In this document: piece after piece, positions 47,802 through 58,567 of the stretch | How the letters are laid out: the number at the start of each line of letters is the position of its first letter | Numbering within the stretch: position 1 is the stretch's first letter | Source of the DNA: an uncultured Acidobacteriota bacterium | Lineage (GTDB): Bacteria; Acidobacteriota; Terriglobia; UBA7540 | Direction of reading: 5' to 3' | DNA: 64,000 bases | Assembly (NCBI GenBank): GCA_963804995.1 | Contig: CAWDSK010000005.1 | Span: 864,001-928,000, forward strand | The notes under the pieces: model-generated | Database searches by the model: none | What the model was told of the DNA's origin: nothing | The model's input: the letters and a program-made list of their open reading frames with translations, nothing else | Made by a program: the position numbers and the translations under genes

Positions 47802-48737
47802 CTAGCGCGCCTCCTGGAAAGCGCGGGAGTGGAATTCCATCGAGGCTGCCGCGTGGGCGAGAAAATAATCCACGCCGTGGCCGCCGGGATAAATGTGGAA
47901 CTCGTGCTGGACTTTCAATGCGTCGAGTTCCTCATGCAAAGCTCTCGCGCCCCGGTCGAAGCCGAAACTGTCCTCGCTCCCGCAATCGAAGTAGATCTTG
48001 AGACCTGCTAACGCCCGGGCATTTCTTTTGGCTAGAACAAACGGGCTATTTTCATTCCAGAAAGCAACGTCGATGGGACTGCCAAAGAGCGCGCCCAGCA
48101 TCCCTGCGAGTGGACTCTCGCCGGTGGCGTGGTTCGACGTGTGCGGCGCCTCGGTGACCAGGGCGGCGCTGTGGGCACTCACCGAGCCAAAGAGTTGCGG
48201 ATTTGTGAAGGCAAAGCGCAGTGCCCCGAAGCCCCCCATCGACATTCCCGTAATGCCCCGCGAGTATCGCCCCGCACGCACGCGGTACTTGTGCTCGATG
48301 CTGGGGATGAACTCTTGCAGGAAGAAATCACTATAACGAACGCGGCCGTCGCGCGAGTTGATGTAGAAGCTCCGCTCTGCGTCCGGTGTGACAATCAAGA
48401 ACTCACCGATCTTGCGCCGCTCGCGGAGATCCTGAATCAAACTCCAGGCTCCCGTGTTCATGAGGGACTGCTCGTTGTCACCCAGGCCGTGCAGGTCATA
48501 GAGCACAGGATAGCGGCGTACATCTTTCGCCGGCGGGTTCTGGCCCGGCGTCGCCTGGTCATAACTCGAAGGCAAAAAGGCGCAGTAGCGAACGGCCTGA
48601 CCCAAGATTCGGCTCGTGACCGCGCCGCACTCGATGCGCCCTTGGGCACGCGCGAAGTTGCATCCGGCCACAAGGAGCACGGCGAGTCCGATGGTCCGTT
48701 TGAACACGAGGGCGGGACGAGACGTGTATGCCATCAT
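47802..48737 (-). CDS. Esterase-family alpha/beta hydrolase
   Basis: YPVLYDLHG, GMSMGG, DCG.ED, YPGGH; ATGA overlap with the permease stop. Confidence 0.9.
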   Translation of the reverse strand: MMAYTSRPALVFKRTIGLAVLLVAGCNFARAQGRIECGAVTSRILGQAVRYCAFLPSSYDQATPGQNPPAKDVRRYPVLYDLHGLGDNEQSLMNTGAWSLIQDLRERRKIGEFLIVTPDAERSFYINSRDGRVRYSDFFLQEFIPSIEHKYRVRAGRYSRGITGMSMGGFGALRFAFTNPQLFGSVSAHSAALVTEAPHTSNHATGESPLAGMLGALFGSPIDVAFWNENSPFVLAKRNARALAGLKIYFDCGSEDSFGFDRGARALHEELDALKVQHEFHIYPGGHGVDYFLAHAAASMEFHSRAFQEAR

Positions 48738-50176
48738 TCGTAACGCAAAGCCTGCACGGGGTCGAGCCGGGCAGCCCGCGCGGCGGGATAAAGGCCGGAA
48801 ATCATGCTCACGAGGATGGCGAAGACAATCGCTCCCACCACCAGCCACCAGGGGACGGACCAGATATTCTCGGCCGGCAAATCCTGGCGCCGCAAATAGA
48901 TGTTGGTCCCGACGTTGATCACCCGGCCAATTGACCAGCCGAGGGCTACGCCCAGGATTCCGCCCACGAATCCCATGACCGCCGCCTCGGCAAAGAAGAG
49001 CTTCTTTACATCGCCGTCGCTTGCGCCGATCGCTTTCATGATTCCTATTTCCCGGCGCCGCTCCAAGATAGCCATCACCAGCGTATTCACAATTCCCAGC
49101 GCGGCCACGGTAAGTGCCAGGCTGCCAAAAATGCCGAGGAAGAGATCCAGCACGGCGAAAAAACGGCGCAGGTTGCGTGTGGCATCCAAAATCGAGAATG
49201 TATTGAAGCCCAGTTTCTTGATGGCGTCCTGCACCGACTCCACATCGTTGGGGCTTTTCACGCGCACGCTGAGGCTGAGATAAGTGGGCACCCGTGAAAA
49301 GTTGGCCTCGCTCTCGCGCATTCCGGTAGGCAACATTACGTGCAGGCTTTCGACCATCTGCAGGGGGAGGAAGACCCTCGCACCCGACGCGCCGCGGATG
49401 CCGTCGGGGTCCTGGTCCGTAATCCCCACGATGCGCAATTTTCTTTCGCGCGGCATGACGGAGAAAGACGCCGCCGCTGGCTCATCAACGTCACTCGAAG
49501 CCCCCGGCTGGGCGTGCGGCCGGCCGGGGGTCTTCCCCGCTACGGGTTTAGCCTCCGGAACTTGTGGCGAAAGTAAGCGCTCCGCGTAGCTGAGCGTGAT
49601 TTCTTTTCCGATCAACGCTTGCGTGTTGGCATTCAGCTTCGTGCCCGGATCTCCTGGTCCCGGATGAGTTCCCAGCAGGTCATTGGCGAACTGGATTTGC
49701 AGAATCGCCTCGTCGGCGCTGTCGGATGAGAAGAACTGGCCCTGGATATTTTCGAAGGCATCTTTTTCTCGTGCCGAGGGAGGCAGGCCCGCCACCATGG
49801 CGAGGTGCGGCTTGCCATCATAGTGGAACTCGGTTACGAATCGAATGTCGGGCGTCGCCTCGAGCACGTTGGGCAAGCGCGCGATCTCGAGTCGGGCGTT
49901 CTCATCAAGTGGGCGGCTCTCCGTGGGGGGCGGAGTGTTCTCCATGGGCCGCCGATTAAATCCGCGCAGACCCCGGCGTGAGGTCACCGCAATCGTGTCG
50001 AAGAGCCCGGATCGTGCCAGCCGGCGGTTGGCCAACTGTTGCAGGCCGATACCGAGGGAGAGCATTGCGACGAGCGAAGCAATGCCGACTCCAATGCCCA
50101 GCGTGGTCAGGGAATTACGCAGCACGGATTCACGCAGGTTGCGCGCGGCGAGCTCCACCAAGTCCCCGGTTTTCAC
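48734..50176 (-). CDS. MacB/FtsX-like ABC transporter permease
   Basis: LTTLGIGVG, ERRREIGIMKAIGA, YPAARAARLDPVQALRYE. Confidence 0.93.
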   Translation of the reverse strand: MKTGDLVELAARNLRESVLRNSLTTLGIGVGIASLVAMLSLGIGLQQLANRRLARSGLFDTIAVTSRRGLRGFNRRPMENTPPPTESRPLDENARLEIARLPNVLEATPDIRFVTEFHYDGKPHLAMVAGLPPSAREKDAFENIQGQFFSSDSADEAILQIQFANDLLGTHPGPGDPGTKLNANTQALIGKEITLSYAERLLSPQVPEAKPVAGKTPGRPHAQPGASSDVDEPAAASFSVMPRERKLRIVGITDQDPDGIRGASGARVFLPLQMVESLHVMLPTGMRESEANFSRVPTYLSLSVRVKSPNDVESVQDAIKKLGFNTFSILDATRNLRRFFAVLDLFLGIFGSLALTVAALGIVNTLVMAILERRREIGIMKAIGASDGDVKKLFFAEAAVMGFVGGILGVALGWSIGRVINVGTNIYLRRQDLPAENIWSVPWWLVVGAIVFAILVSMISGLYPAARAARLDPVQALRYE

Positions 50177-50955
50177 GAGGCCTCCTTTCCGGGTGCAACG
50201 GGGCTTCCTCCCTGCGAACCTCGATCCATGGTCCTCTGGGAGGTGGGGACGTGGGGTTGGTCAGCAACCACTTTTCCGTCGGCCAGGTAAATCAGACGCT
50301 GGGCGTAGCGTTCGGCGAGCGCCTGCTCATGGGTCACCAGTACAACCGTCATACCGAACTGCTCATTCGATTCGTGAAGCAAGTCCAGGATTTCGCTCCC
50401 GGTGCGGCTATCCAGATTGCCGGTGGGCTCATCAGCCAGCAGCAGGCTGGGGCGGTTCACCAGAGCGCGGGCAATCGAGGCGCGCTGCTGCTCGCCTCCG
50501 GAAAGTTGGCTGGGCCGGTGGGCGAGGCGCGCTCCCAAGCCGACGCGCTCCAAGGCCTCGCGAGCCAGGTTGAGCCGCCTGCCGCGCTCCATTTCCGCGA
50601 ACCGCATGGGCAGCTCTACATTTTCGAGGAGCGTCATGGTGGGGATGAGGTTAAACGCCTGGAAGACCATCCCTACGCTGTGCCGGCGATACCGGGAAAG
50701 CTCTTCGCCTGACATCTCGGCTAGATTGCGGTCATTGACGATCACGGCGCCCGCTGTGGGGCGGTCCAGCCCGGCGAGCAGGTTCAACAAAGACAACTTC
50801 CCGGACCCCGAGCTGCCAAGTAGTGCCACGAACCCGCCCGCAGCAACGTCGAGGGAGATTCCATCTACGGCACAGATCGTCGCCTCGCCCATGCGAAAGT
50901 GGCGCTGGACGCCCTCGGTGCGAATCGTGCCTGCACGTGCAGGGTTATCAGCCAT
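50173..50955 (-). CDS. ABC transporter ATP-binding protein (LolD/MacB-like)
   Basis: [34 protein letters not shown]. Confidence 0.93.
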   Translation of the reverse strand: MADNPARAGTIRTEGVQRHFRMGEATICAVDGISLDVAAGGFVALLGSSGSGKLSLLNLLAGLDRPTAGAVIVNDRNLAEMSGEELSRYRRHSVGMVFQAFNLIPTMTLLENVELPMRFAEMERGRRLNLAREALERVGLGARLAHRPSQLSGGEQQRASIARALVNRPSLLLADEPTGNLDSRTGSEILDLLHESNEQFGMTVVLVTHEQALAERYAQRLIYLADGKVVADQPHVPTSQRTMDRGSQGGSPVAPGKEAS

Positions 50956-51303
50956 TGCTTCGCTCAATCTCCGTTTGACCAACAAGCTTGCCGAAGTCGC
51001 TGCCCAGATTTTTCCACATCGGCCCGCTGCCCAATCCCATTAAGATTTCTCCGAGGAGAGATTATGCCCCGGAACAGGTCGACCTGAAAACAATTCTGTG
51101 GACATACCGGATACATTGTTGACAGCGGAGTGAATGCCGGTAAGATGAGGCTGCGGGAAAACACGATTTGGATTGTTTTCAAATAGATTTGATTACATTC
51201 TCCCCGTGAGAGGCTTGCCCCCTACAGGCGAGGGCTCAGCGGGGAAACAAGAAATCATTGCCATCAACGCTGGGCGTCGTGGCGCTCTCGCGCCGGAGGA
51301 GAA

Positions 51304-52467
51304 ATGAAGATCGTCGACTTCCGAACCACCGTGGTTTCGATACCCTTCACGGAGCCTGAAACCTGGGCTTTTGGGAAAAGGCTGGGCGTGTCGAACGTCA
51401 TCATTGAACTCGAGACCGATACCGGCCTGATGGGGCTCGGAGAGGGTATGACCTTTCCCGCGGTGCGCGTGACGAATGAAATTTTGAAAACTATGCGCCC
51501 GCTGGTTTTGGGTCGCGACCCCTTCGATCAGGAGGTCATCCTGCATGAGTTGACCCACATTCACGGCTGGCATCATTTTCGCCACAGCGGCAATTGCGCT
51601 CTGGGCGGAATTGACATGGCTTTGTGGGATCTCGTAGGTCAGGCTTGCGGCCAACCGCTTTACAAACTCTTCGGCGGCGCGTTTCGTAAGGAAATTCCTT
51701 ATTACTTTTACGTTCCCGATAAGGACTTGCAACTGATGGCGGCAGATGCCCAGCGTGGTTGGGCTGAGGGGTTCCGGACCTTTTACGTGAAACTCGGCTG
51801 CGGCTTCGATCGCGATCTGGAAGTAGCGAGGACACTGCGGGAAGCTCTGGGCCCGGCAGCGAAATTGCGTGTGGACGCGAATGAGTCCTGGTCGAATGGT
51901 ACAGCAATCGAGCTGATGAAGCGGATGTCGAAGTACGACATTGAGTTCTTTGAACAGCCGTTGTATTTCTACGATCACGATGGCGCCGCCCACTTGCGCC
52001 GCACGCTGGGTCTTCCCGTGGCCGCGAACCAAAGCGCCTGGGACGAGGCGGATATCCTGGAAATCGTGAAGAAGGGCGCGGCGGACGTGGTGCTGACTGA
52101 CCAACATCAGCTCGGCAGTCTGTCACGCTTTCGCCGCGCCGCATGGCTGTTGGCTACGGCAGGCATTCCGGTGGTGAAACATACCTTCGGGGAATATGGT
52201 ATCTCAACAGCGGCCGGCATGCATGCCATCGCCAGTTGCCCTAACTTCACCATGGCGAACCAGACCCACTTCGGGGTGCTCACTGACGACGTGGTGGAAG
52301 GGGGACTCGCGAAGTTCAGGAACGGCTGCCTGACCCTGCCGGAGGGCCCCGGCCTAGGCGTCAAGCTTGACCGCGAGCGGCTGGCGAAGTATGCCCGGCA
52401 CTTCCATGAGCATGGAGAATATTCCGGCTACGGCTCGGGCGAAGATCTGGCGGGGCGCAGGGATTGA
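51304..52467 (+). CDS. Enolase-superfamily (mandelate racemase/MLE-type) enzyme, glucarate-dehydratase-like ligands
   Basis: IDMALWD, YVK, VDANE, EQP, ANQ, TDQH, KH, GPGLGV. Confidence 0.9.
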   Translation: MKIVDFRTTVVSIPFTEPETWAFGKRLGVSNVIIELETDTGLMGLGEGMTFPAVRVTNEILKTMRPLVLGRDPFDQEVILHELTHIHGWHHFRHSGNCALGGIDMALWDLVGQACGQPLYKLFGGAFRKEIPYYFYVPDKDLQLMAADAQRGWAEGFRTFYVKLGCGFDRDLEVARTLREALGPAAKLRVDANESWSNGTAIELMKRMSKYDIEFFEQPLYFYDHDGAAHLRRTLGLPVAANQSAWDEADILEIVKKGAADVVLTDQHQLGSLSRFRRAAWLLATAGIPVVKHTFGEYGISTAAGMHAIASCPNFTMANQTHFGVLTDDVVEGGLAKFRNGCLTLPEGPGLGVKLDRERLAKYARHFHEHGEYSGYGSGEDLAGRRD

Positions 52468-52492
52468 GCCTTGACCGAAGATGTGAGTGACC

Positions 52493-53743
52493 ATGAAAGC
52501 AAATCCCTGGGTGCTCGTGACGCTCCTGGCTCTTACCGCGACGGTGAGTTATCTGTGCCGTGTAAACGTCTCCGTAACGGGCGCGCTCATGATGCGTGAC
52601 CTGGGGATTTCCGCGGTCCAGATGGGCCGAGTGTTCAGTGCCCTAATATTGGGCTACGGGCTGTCGCAGATTCCTGCTGGGATGATGGCAGACCGCTGGG
52701 GCGCCCGCAAAATGCTGCTCGTTGCGGGCCTCTGGTGGACGGTCTTGACTATCCTGATAGCGGCGACCGGCTGGGGGTCACTCTCAGGCATCGCCAGTTC
52801 GCTCTGGGCACTGATTCTCCTGCGATTCATTCTGGGCGTTGGCGAAGCTCCCACTTACCCTGCTGCGGCGCAAGGTGTGGCGCGATGGATTCCCCCTCAC
52901 CGCCAGGGCTTCGCCAATAGTATCGTCCTGGTTTCCATCGGACTAGGGTCGGCGTTGGCTTCACCCTTCTTATCAACCATCATGGTCCATTGGGGATGGC
53001 GCGTCGCGCTTTTGACTTCGGCAATTCCAGCGTTGTTGGTGGCCGTGGCATGGGCCTTGGTTCGCGAGGACTCAACACGCGCGCCGGCTCGCACCGCGCC
53101 GGCTTCTACTGCAACCGGCCGCGGCCGTCTGCGCTCGCGAAGTTTCATTTGCCTCGTCATCAGTTACACACTCCAAGGGTATGTAGGGTACATCTTCCTC
53201 TTCTGGTTCTATCTGTACCTCGTCCAAGAACGACACTTCGATCTGCTGCGCGCCGGCAGACTTGGTAGCCTGCCTTGGATTCTCTCCATGGTTTCTATTC
53301 CCTTAGGAGGGATTGTTTCCGACCGCTTGGTTTCGGGTCGTATGGGCCTGCGTTGGGGCAGGCGTGCCGTCCCGTTGTTTGGCCTGACCTTTGCTGGCGT
53401 GTTTGTGGCCTTAGGAGCTTCGACCCAAAACGCATACACTGCGGTGCTGTGTTTGGCGCTGGCCACGGCTTTGGTTTTCACCGTGGAAGGTCCATTCTGG
53501 GCCGCCATGATGGAAGTGGCGAGCTCCAACACGGGCACGGCAGGCGGCGTGATGAACTTTGGGGCCAATTTCGGCGGCTTCATTTCGCCTGCCCTCACAC
53601 CCATTTTGGCGGCCCATTGGGGATGGAAAAACGCATTGTATGTGGCCGCGGTCACCTCCATCATTGGAGCGTGCTTTTGGCTGGGTGTTTCTCCTGGCGA
53701 TGCCCAGGCTCCCCGCGCGGAGACCCCTCCCGCGTGGGAGTAG
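52493..53743 (+). CDS. MFS transporter (ACS-like, acid sugar type)
   Basis: SYLCRVN, DRWG.R, RFILGVGEAP.YP, about 12 TMs. Confidence 0.9.
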   Translation: MKANPWVLVTLLALTATVSYLCRVNVSVTGALMMRDLGISAVQMGRVFSALILGYGLSQIPAGMMADRWGARKMLLVAGLWWTVLTILIAATGWGSLSGIASSLWALILLRFILGVGEAPTYPAAAQGVARWIPPHRQGFANSIVLVSIGLGSALASPFLSTIMVHWGWRVALLTSAIPALLVAVAWALVREDSTRAPARTAPASTATGRGRLRSRSFICLVISYTLQGYVGYIFLFWFYLYLVQERHFDLLRAGRLGSLPWILSMVSIPLGGIVSDRLVSGRMGLRWGRRAVPLFGLTFAGVFVALGASTQNAYTAVLCLALATALVFTVEGPFWAAMMEVASSNTGTAGGVMNFGANFGGFISPALTPILAAHWGWKNALYVAAVTSIIGACFWLGVSPGDAQAPRAETPPAWE

Positions 53744-54024
53744 GCCGGGAAACGTCAGCACTGGTAACTTGAGCATGAATTTGATAAAGAAGGGCCTGCC
53801 CACGCGGGTGAGGACTGACCAGCGAACTCGCAATCCCCGTTGATCAGAGGTCGCACGTTCAGCATCGTAGGCTTGAACTGAATTTCGGAGGGACTGAAAA
53901 GGACCGATGCACAGAAGTGAAACGGCGCGAATTCATGGGATTGATTGCCGTGGCCGCCGCGCACCTTGGAGTCACGGACTACGCACATTCTCGTCGCGCC
54001 TCTGGACCCTAGGGGAGGGAAACT

Positions 54025-55293
54025 ATGGAAGTGAAATTGGCAGGCATGAGTCTGAAGGAGTTGCGGCAAAGTCTTCATGACGAACTCTTCAATGTGTTTC
54101 TTCCCCTCTGGGATAAGCACGGCGTCGACCACGAAAATGGCGGGGTGATGAGCAGCATGGATTACGACGGCACCCTGGTGAATAGCGACAAGCTCCTGTG
54201 GTTTCAGGGGCGAGCCATTTGGATCTACAGTTTCCTTTACAACCATCTCGATAAGAATCCGCGGTACCTGGAGATTGCGCGGAAGACGAAGGATTTTCTG
54301 CTGAAGCACGCTCAGCAAAGTGACGGATGGTGGGCAGAGAAACTCTCACGCGAAGGCAAGGTGCTGAAGCCGTACAGTGGCGACACGGAAGGCATGTACT
54401 TCGTCGTCGAAGGCCTTCAGGAATACGCCGCAGCCACCGGCGATGAGCAGGCTCGCGACATTGCCTTCTCCCTTTTGAAGAAACTCTTCCAGGACTTTGA
54501 CCAGCCGGGTTTCCGCTACCTGGGAGCGGATTTCCCCTACCTTTGGAACAGCAAGCAGGCCGTGCGACCCCAAGGATTGTGGATGGTGATTGTCTACATT
54601 GCCGCCCAGATGCTCTCCCGCTGGAAGGATCCGGAGATCCTCGCCATGGCGGACCGCGCCATCGACGCGATCATGAACAAACACTACAACCCTGCCATCG
54701 GCTTGAATACAGAAGCGCTGTTTTTTGACTTCACCCGGCCGAAGGAGGATGAGCAGAAGTGCCGGATCGGCCATTCCATCGAATCCCTGTGGATGGTGAT
54801 GGAGGAGGCGACACGGCGGGGCGATTGGGCGCTGTGGAATACCTGCGCCGAGCGAGCGCACCGCCACTTGGAAGTGGGTTGGGACCATGTCTACGGCGGA
54901 ATCTCCGAGTGGGTCAACGTGGACCAGGGCGGTTATCAGTGGCCGCCGGAGACGCCGGTGGGAACGGATCTGGAGTTCCGCTACGTCGGTGAGTACCATT
55001 ACATGAAGGCGCTGTGGGCCCTGAATGAAGCCATGATCGTGGCCTTGAATGTCTATGACCGTACCGGCGCTGAGTGGGCGGTAGGGTACTTCGACATGTC
55101 TTATAAGGTTTGGATGGAGAAATTCTCCCAGAAGAAGCGCGGACTGCCCGGCTATATGCTCTTCGCCGACCGCAAAATGATTGCCCAGCCGCACGTCGCC
55201 CGGCAGGACAATTACCATCCGCCACGTCAACTGATGTTGAATATCCTGGCTCTGGATCGGATGATTCAGCGCGGCGGGCCTTCCCACGCGTAA
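54025..55293 (+). CDS. AGE-family (N-acylglucosamine 2-epimerase-like) epimerase/isomerase
   Basis: GVDHENGG, WFQGR, GHSIESLW, GWD..YGG, KALW..NE, YHPPR. Confidence 0.88.
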   Translation: MEVKLAGMSLKELRQSLHDELFNVFLPLWDKHGVDHENGGVMSSMDYDGTLVNSDKLLWFQGRAIWIYSFLYNHLDKNPRYLEIARKTKDFLLKHAQQSDGWWAEKLSREGKVLKPYSGDTEGMYFVVEGLQEYAAATGDEQARDIAFSLLKKLFQDFDQPGFRYLGADFPYLWNSKQAVRPQGLWMVIVYIAAQMLSRWKDPEILAMADRAIDAIMNKHYNPAIGLNTEALFFDFTRPKEDEQKCRIGHSIESLWMVMEEATRRGDWALWNTCAERAHRHLEVGWDHVYGGISEWVNVDQGGYQWPPETPVGTDLEFRYVGEYHYMKALWALNEAMIVALNVYDRTGAEWAVGYFDMSYKVWMEKFSQKKRGLPGYMLFADRKMIAQPHVARQDNYHPPRQLMLNILALDRMIQRGGPSHA

Positions 55294-55387
55294 GACGGCG
55301 AGGGAGATCCCCGTACAGAGAAGGGATCGGCGGCACATTGAATACGCAGGGTTGGCTGATGGGGTGAGCCCTGAGTTGAGGCCTGAC

Positions 55388-56911
55388 ATGACAACCAGCT
55401 CCCAAACCGTACTGCTGGCGGGTGTGGGGAAGAGCGATATCACCCGCTGGGACTCTGGCGAAGTCATCGGTGATATGTCCATGAAGGCCGGGCTGGGCAT
55501 GGACCGGGGAGGCGGCATCAAAATCCACGACCCACTTTACGCTAAAGCGCTGGTGCTGGATGACGGCGCCACACGGGCGGCGATCATTTCCATGGACGTG
55601 ATCGCAATCGGCGGAATATTCGAAATCAACGACAACTTCCTGCCGGCGCTTCGGCGAAAGATTGAAGAGGAACTGAAGATTAGCGGCGCGAACGTACTGG
55701 TTAACGCCTCGCATACTCATCTGGTGGGTGGTCAAGTCTCGGCAGATGTGGTGGAAAAAACCTTCGAGGCGGTTCGGCAGGCATGTGCAAATATGACGCC
55801 TGTAAAGATCGGCGCCGGCTCCGGCAGCGAAGATCGTGTGACCATGAACCGGCGTATCAAGCTGAAGAATGGGAAGACCTGGACGGAGCGCCACGCCAAT
55901 CCGTCGCCAGAGGATGAAGAGGTGGCGGGCGTGGGGCCGATTGACCCCGAAATCGGGGTGCTAAGGATTGATACGCTTGATGATAAGCCCTTCGCTGCAG
56001 TCTACAACTTTGCCGCTCATCCTTATTGCGGAGCGAGTGGCGGGGGTGTGACGGCGGAGTTGCCGGGGTTTGCGTCGCAGGTGATTGAGGAGAATCTCGG
56101 CAACAACGCGCTGGCCATCTTCCTGCAAGGAGCCGCGGGTGATATCAGCGAGATCTATTACAAGGAAGTCAATAGGCCGAGAAATGCCGAGCCCCTCGGA
56201 ATGCTGTTGGGGCTGAGCACGCTGAAGGCTTGGCGGGGAATTAAAACAGGGGGCGGGTCGATAACAGTCCTCACCGAGACGCTGGAATTGCCCCGAAGGA
56301 CGGATATACCGGAAAGAATCAAGACGCTCGAGAAGGAGCAGGAGGAGCTGTTGAAATCGCTGGCTGGGACAAGTCTGAACTTCAAGACCTTCCTTCCTCT
56401 CTATATTAAATATAGCCTCAGCCCTGAATATCCATCGTATTATGCTTATTGGTATAAGCACCAACAGGAGATGGGGCAGGCGGGGCTTGCCGCGCTCGAT
56501 GCCGAGAACCAAAGAAATATCGCAAAGTACCTCAGCAACATTTATGTGATGGAGAGACTTGCCAGGATTCAGGTCAACCTTCCCGTGCTCCGGGAGCGTC
56601 AGGCGATCAATACGCGATCCAGCTCCGCAGCACTTCCAGTTGAGGTGCAGGTTCTCAAGATAGGGGAATTTGTTCTAGTGACGTTCCCCGGCGAGTTGTT
56701 TGTGGAGATCGGCTTGAACATCAAAAGGACCTCACCGTTCCGGCACACTTTCATCGCTTCGTACTCAAATGGGTATATTCACTACGCCCCGACCGAGGAG
56801 GCTTTTGAGGGTGGGGACTATGAAGATACCAACTGTCTTCTGGGCCGGGGATGGCAGCAGATCTTTGAGAGCAAGGTCGCGGAGCTTCTACGACGGCTCG
56901 CGCCGAGTTAA
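55388..56911 (+). CDS. Neutral-ceramidase-like hydrolase family protein
   Basis: AG..K.DIT, IHDPLYAKALV, NASHTH, NRR, GPIDP, NFAAHP, QGAAGD, PGELF, NGY..Y.PT. Confidence 0.75.
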   Translation: MTTSSQTVLLAGVGKSDITRWDSGEVIGDMSMKAGLGMDRGGGIKIHDPLYAKALVLDDGATRAAIISMDVIAIGGIFEINDNFLPALRRKIEEELKISGANVLVNASHTHLVGGQVSADVVEKTFEAVRQACANMTPVKIGAGSGSEDRVTMNRRIKLKNGKTWTERHANPSPEDEEVAGVGPIDPEIGVLRIDTLDDKPFAAVYNFAAHPYCGASGGGVTAELPGFASQVIEENLGNNALAIFLQGAAGDISEIYYKEVNRPRNAEPLGMLLGLSTLKAWRGIKTGGGSITVLTETLELPRRTDIPERIKTLEKEQEELLKSLAGTSLNFKTFLPLYIKYSLSPEYPSYYAYWYKHQQEMGQAGLAALDAENQRNIAKYLSNIYVMERLARIQVNLPVLRERQAINTRSSSAALPVEVQVLKIGEFVLVTFPGELFVEIGLNIKRTSPFRHTFIASYSNGYIHYAPTEEAFEGGDYEDTNCLLGRGWQQIFESKVAELLRRLAPS

Positions 56912-57093
56912 GCGCGCGCGCTTGGTCCTTGCCTCCCGACGCGCGGGATCCCCTTCCGCGATTAGTGTGGCGCCTGGGGATTCCGACCTTTCAGGCTGAT
57001 AAGGCGTCAGAGTATTCGGCGCGACCCCGGAAACGCAATAGTATTGTTAACAGGAATTGGGAGTTGGTGCCGTGAATGAAGGAGAAGAGAAAT

Positions 57094-58368
57094 ATGCCGC
57101 AGCTTAAGATACCGTACGTGGACCAGTTGTTGGACGTGGATATACCCGATCGAAACCTCATTTTCGACGAAGCGCCTCGCAACGTCCCGCCGGCGCCGGA
57201 TATGGATGCCACGCTGCGCGGCGCGTTGATGCATCCCGTCGGTTCGCCACCGCTGCGTGATCTGGTCAAGCGCGGGCAAAAGATAATCATCATTTCCGAC
57301 AACAATACGCGCGTCACACCGACCAAACGAATCATTCCAGTGCTGCTGGATTTTCTGAACGAGGCCGGCATACCTGACAGCGATATCCAAATCATCATCT
57401 CTTCCGGCACTCATCGCGCCATGACCGATGCGGAACTGGATGAAAAGTACGGCCCCCAGGTGATGTCGAGGGTCACCATCCTGCCACACCGTTACAAGGA
57501 CCCGAACAGTCTGGTTGAATATGGGGTCACCAAACGCGGCACCCGCATTCTGGTGAACCGTCATGTGGTGGAGGCAGACTTCCGGATTTCCGTGGGTAAC
57601 ATCGTTCCGCATCATCCCACCGGTTGGAGCGCCGGCGCGAAGTCTGTACTGCCTGGAGTCGGTGGCGAGGAGACAGTGGCGCAGATGCACTTCCTCGGCT
57701 CGAAAAATCCCGGCCTGGCGGTGGTCGATACCGAGATGCGCCGTGAGATGGAGGACTTTGCCGAGCACATCGGTTTGAATTTCATCTTGAACGTGATCCT
57801 CAATCGCGATGGCGAGCTGGTGGACGCGGTTGCCGGCCACTTTATCAAGGCGCATCGGGCCGGCGTGGAAATGGCAAGCAAGGTTTACTGCGTTGCCATC
57901 CCCGAGTTGGCCGACATGACCATCAGCAGTACGTGCCCCATTGATTTCGATTTCTTTCAGGGCGATAAGGGCGTTACCTCTGCGGAACTTTCGACAAAAC
58001 CGGGTGGAGAGATTGTGCTGGTGTCCGGTTGCGTGGAGGGAATCAGCCCGGGTCATCCCGAGCTGGCAGATTATGTCGGCAAGATGACGAATGACGAAAT
58101 CTGGAAGATGCTCTGTAATCATGAAGCACCCGACCCGCTGACTGGCGCCGAGGCGATTGTCATTAACGACATCAAAGCTCGAATGCACATCACCGTTGCC
58201 TCTGACGGGTTGTCGCCCGAGCTGTGTGCGTCCATGGGTTTCGGCCATGTTCATCCCCACGACCTCGCCCAATATGTGAAGGCGCGATTGGCAGGGAACC
58301 CTGATCTGAAAATCGGAGTGCTCAGGCACAGCGCCGAGGTGGCGCCGATTCTTGCCGGACGCGCGTAG
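57094..58368 (+). CDS. larA: LarA-family nickel-pincer-dependent racemase/epimerase
   Basis: SDNTR.TP, GTHR, PH, G.TKRGT, PHH..GWSAGAKSVLPG, DFFQGDK; AAGGAG RBS; substrate unknown. Confidence 0.9.
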   Translation: MPQLKIPYVDQLLDVDIPDRNLIFDEAPRNVPPAPDMDATLRGALMHPVGSPPLRDLVKRGQKIIIISDNNTRVTPTKRIIPVLLDFLNEAGIPDSDIQIIISSGTHRAMTDAELDEKYGPQVMSRVTILPHRYKDPNSLVEYGVTKRGTRILVNRHVVEADFRISVGNIVPHHPTGWSAGAKSVLPGVGGEETVAQMHFLGSKNPGLAVVDTEMRREMEDFAEHIGLNFILNVILNRDGELVDAVAGHFIKAHRAGVEMASKVYCVAIPELADMTISSTCPIDFDFFQGDKGVTSAELSTKPGGEIVLVSGCVEGISPGHPELADYVGKMTNDEIWKMLCNHEAPDPLTGAEAIVINDIKARMHITVASDGLSPELCASMGFGHVHPHDLAQYVKARLAGNPDLKIGVLRHSAEVAPILAGRA

Positions 58369-58567
58369 TGTCCTGTCCCGGCTAATAGTTTCCCATGCAG
58401 ACCGCGGCCGGTGGCCGCCTTGATTGTCAAATACTAGGCGGGACGGCGCACTCGTGTAGTATCCACGAAATGCCTGGACAAGGCTGCGGCCGTAGCGCCG
58501 GCATCCTGCCGGCAAATGCCGCCAAGATGGCGGCGCTACGTTGTCCACCCAATTTCCGGACACTACA
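58367..58567. mobile_element. Two adjacent degenerate MITE-like elements; the second has TGTAGT...ACTACA ends and an internal GTAG REP
   Basis: AGTGTCCTGTCCCGGCTA...TAGGCGGGACGGCGCACT, then TGTAGTATCCACGAAAT..GGACAA...TTGTCC..ATTTCCGGACACTACA. Confidence 0.55.

Noticed and set aside
54010..54012. Pyrrolysine recoding of the amber codon
   Set aside because: No pyl genes in the window, and TAG is used as a normal stop by many genes here
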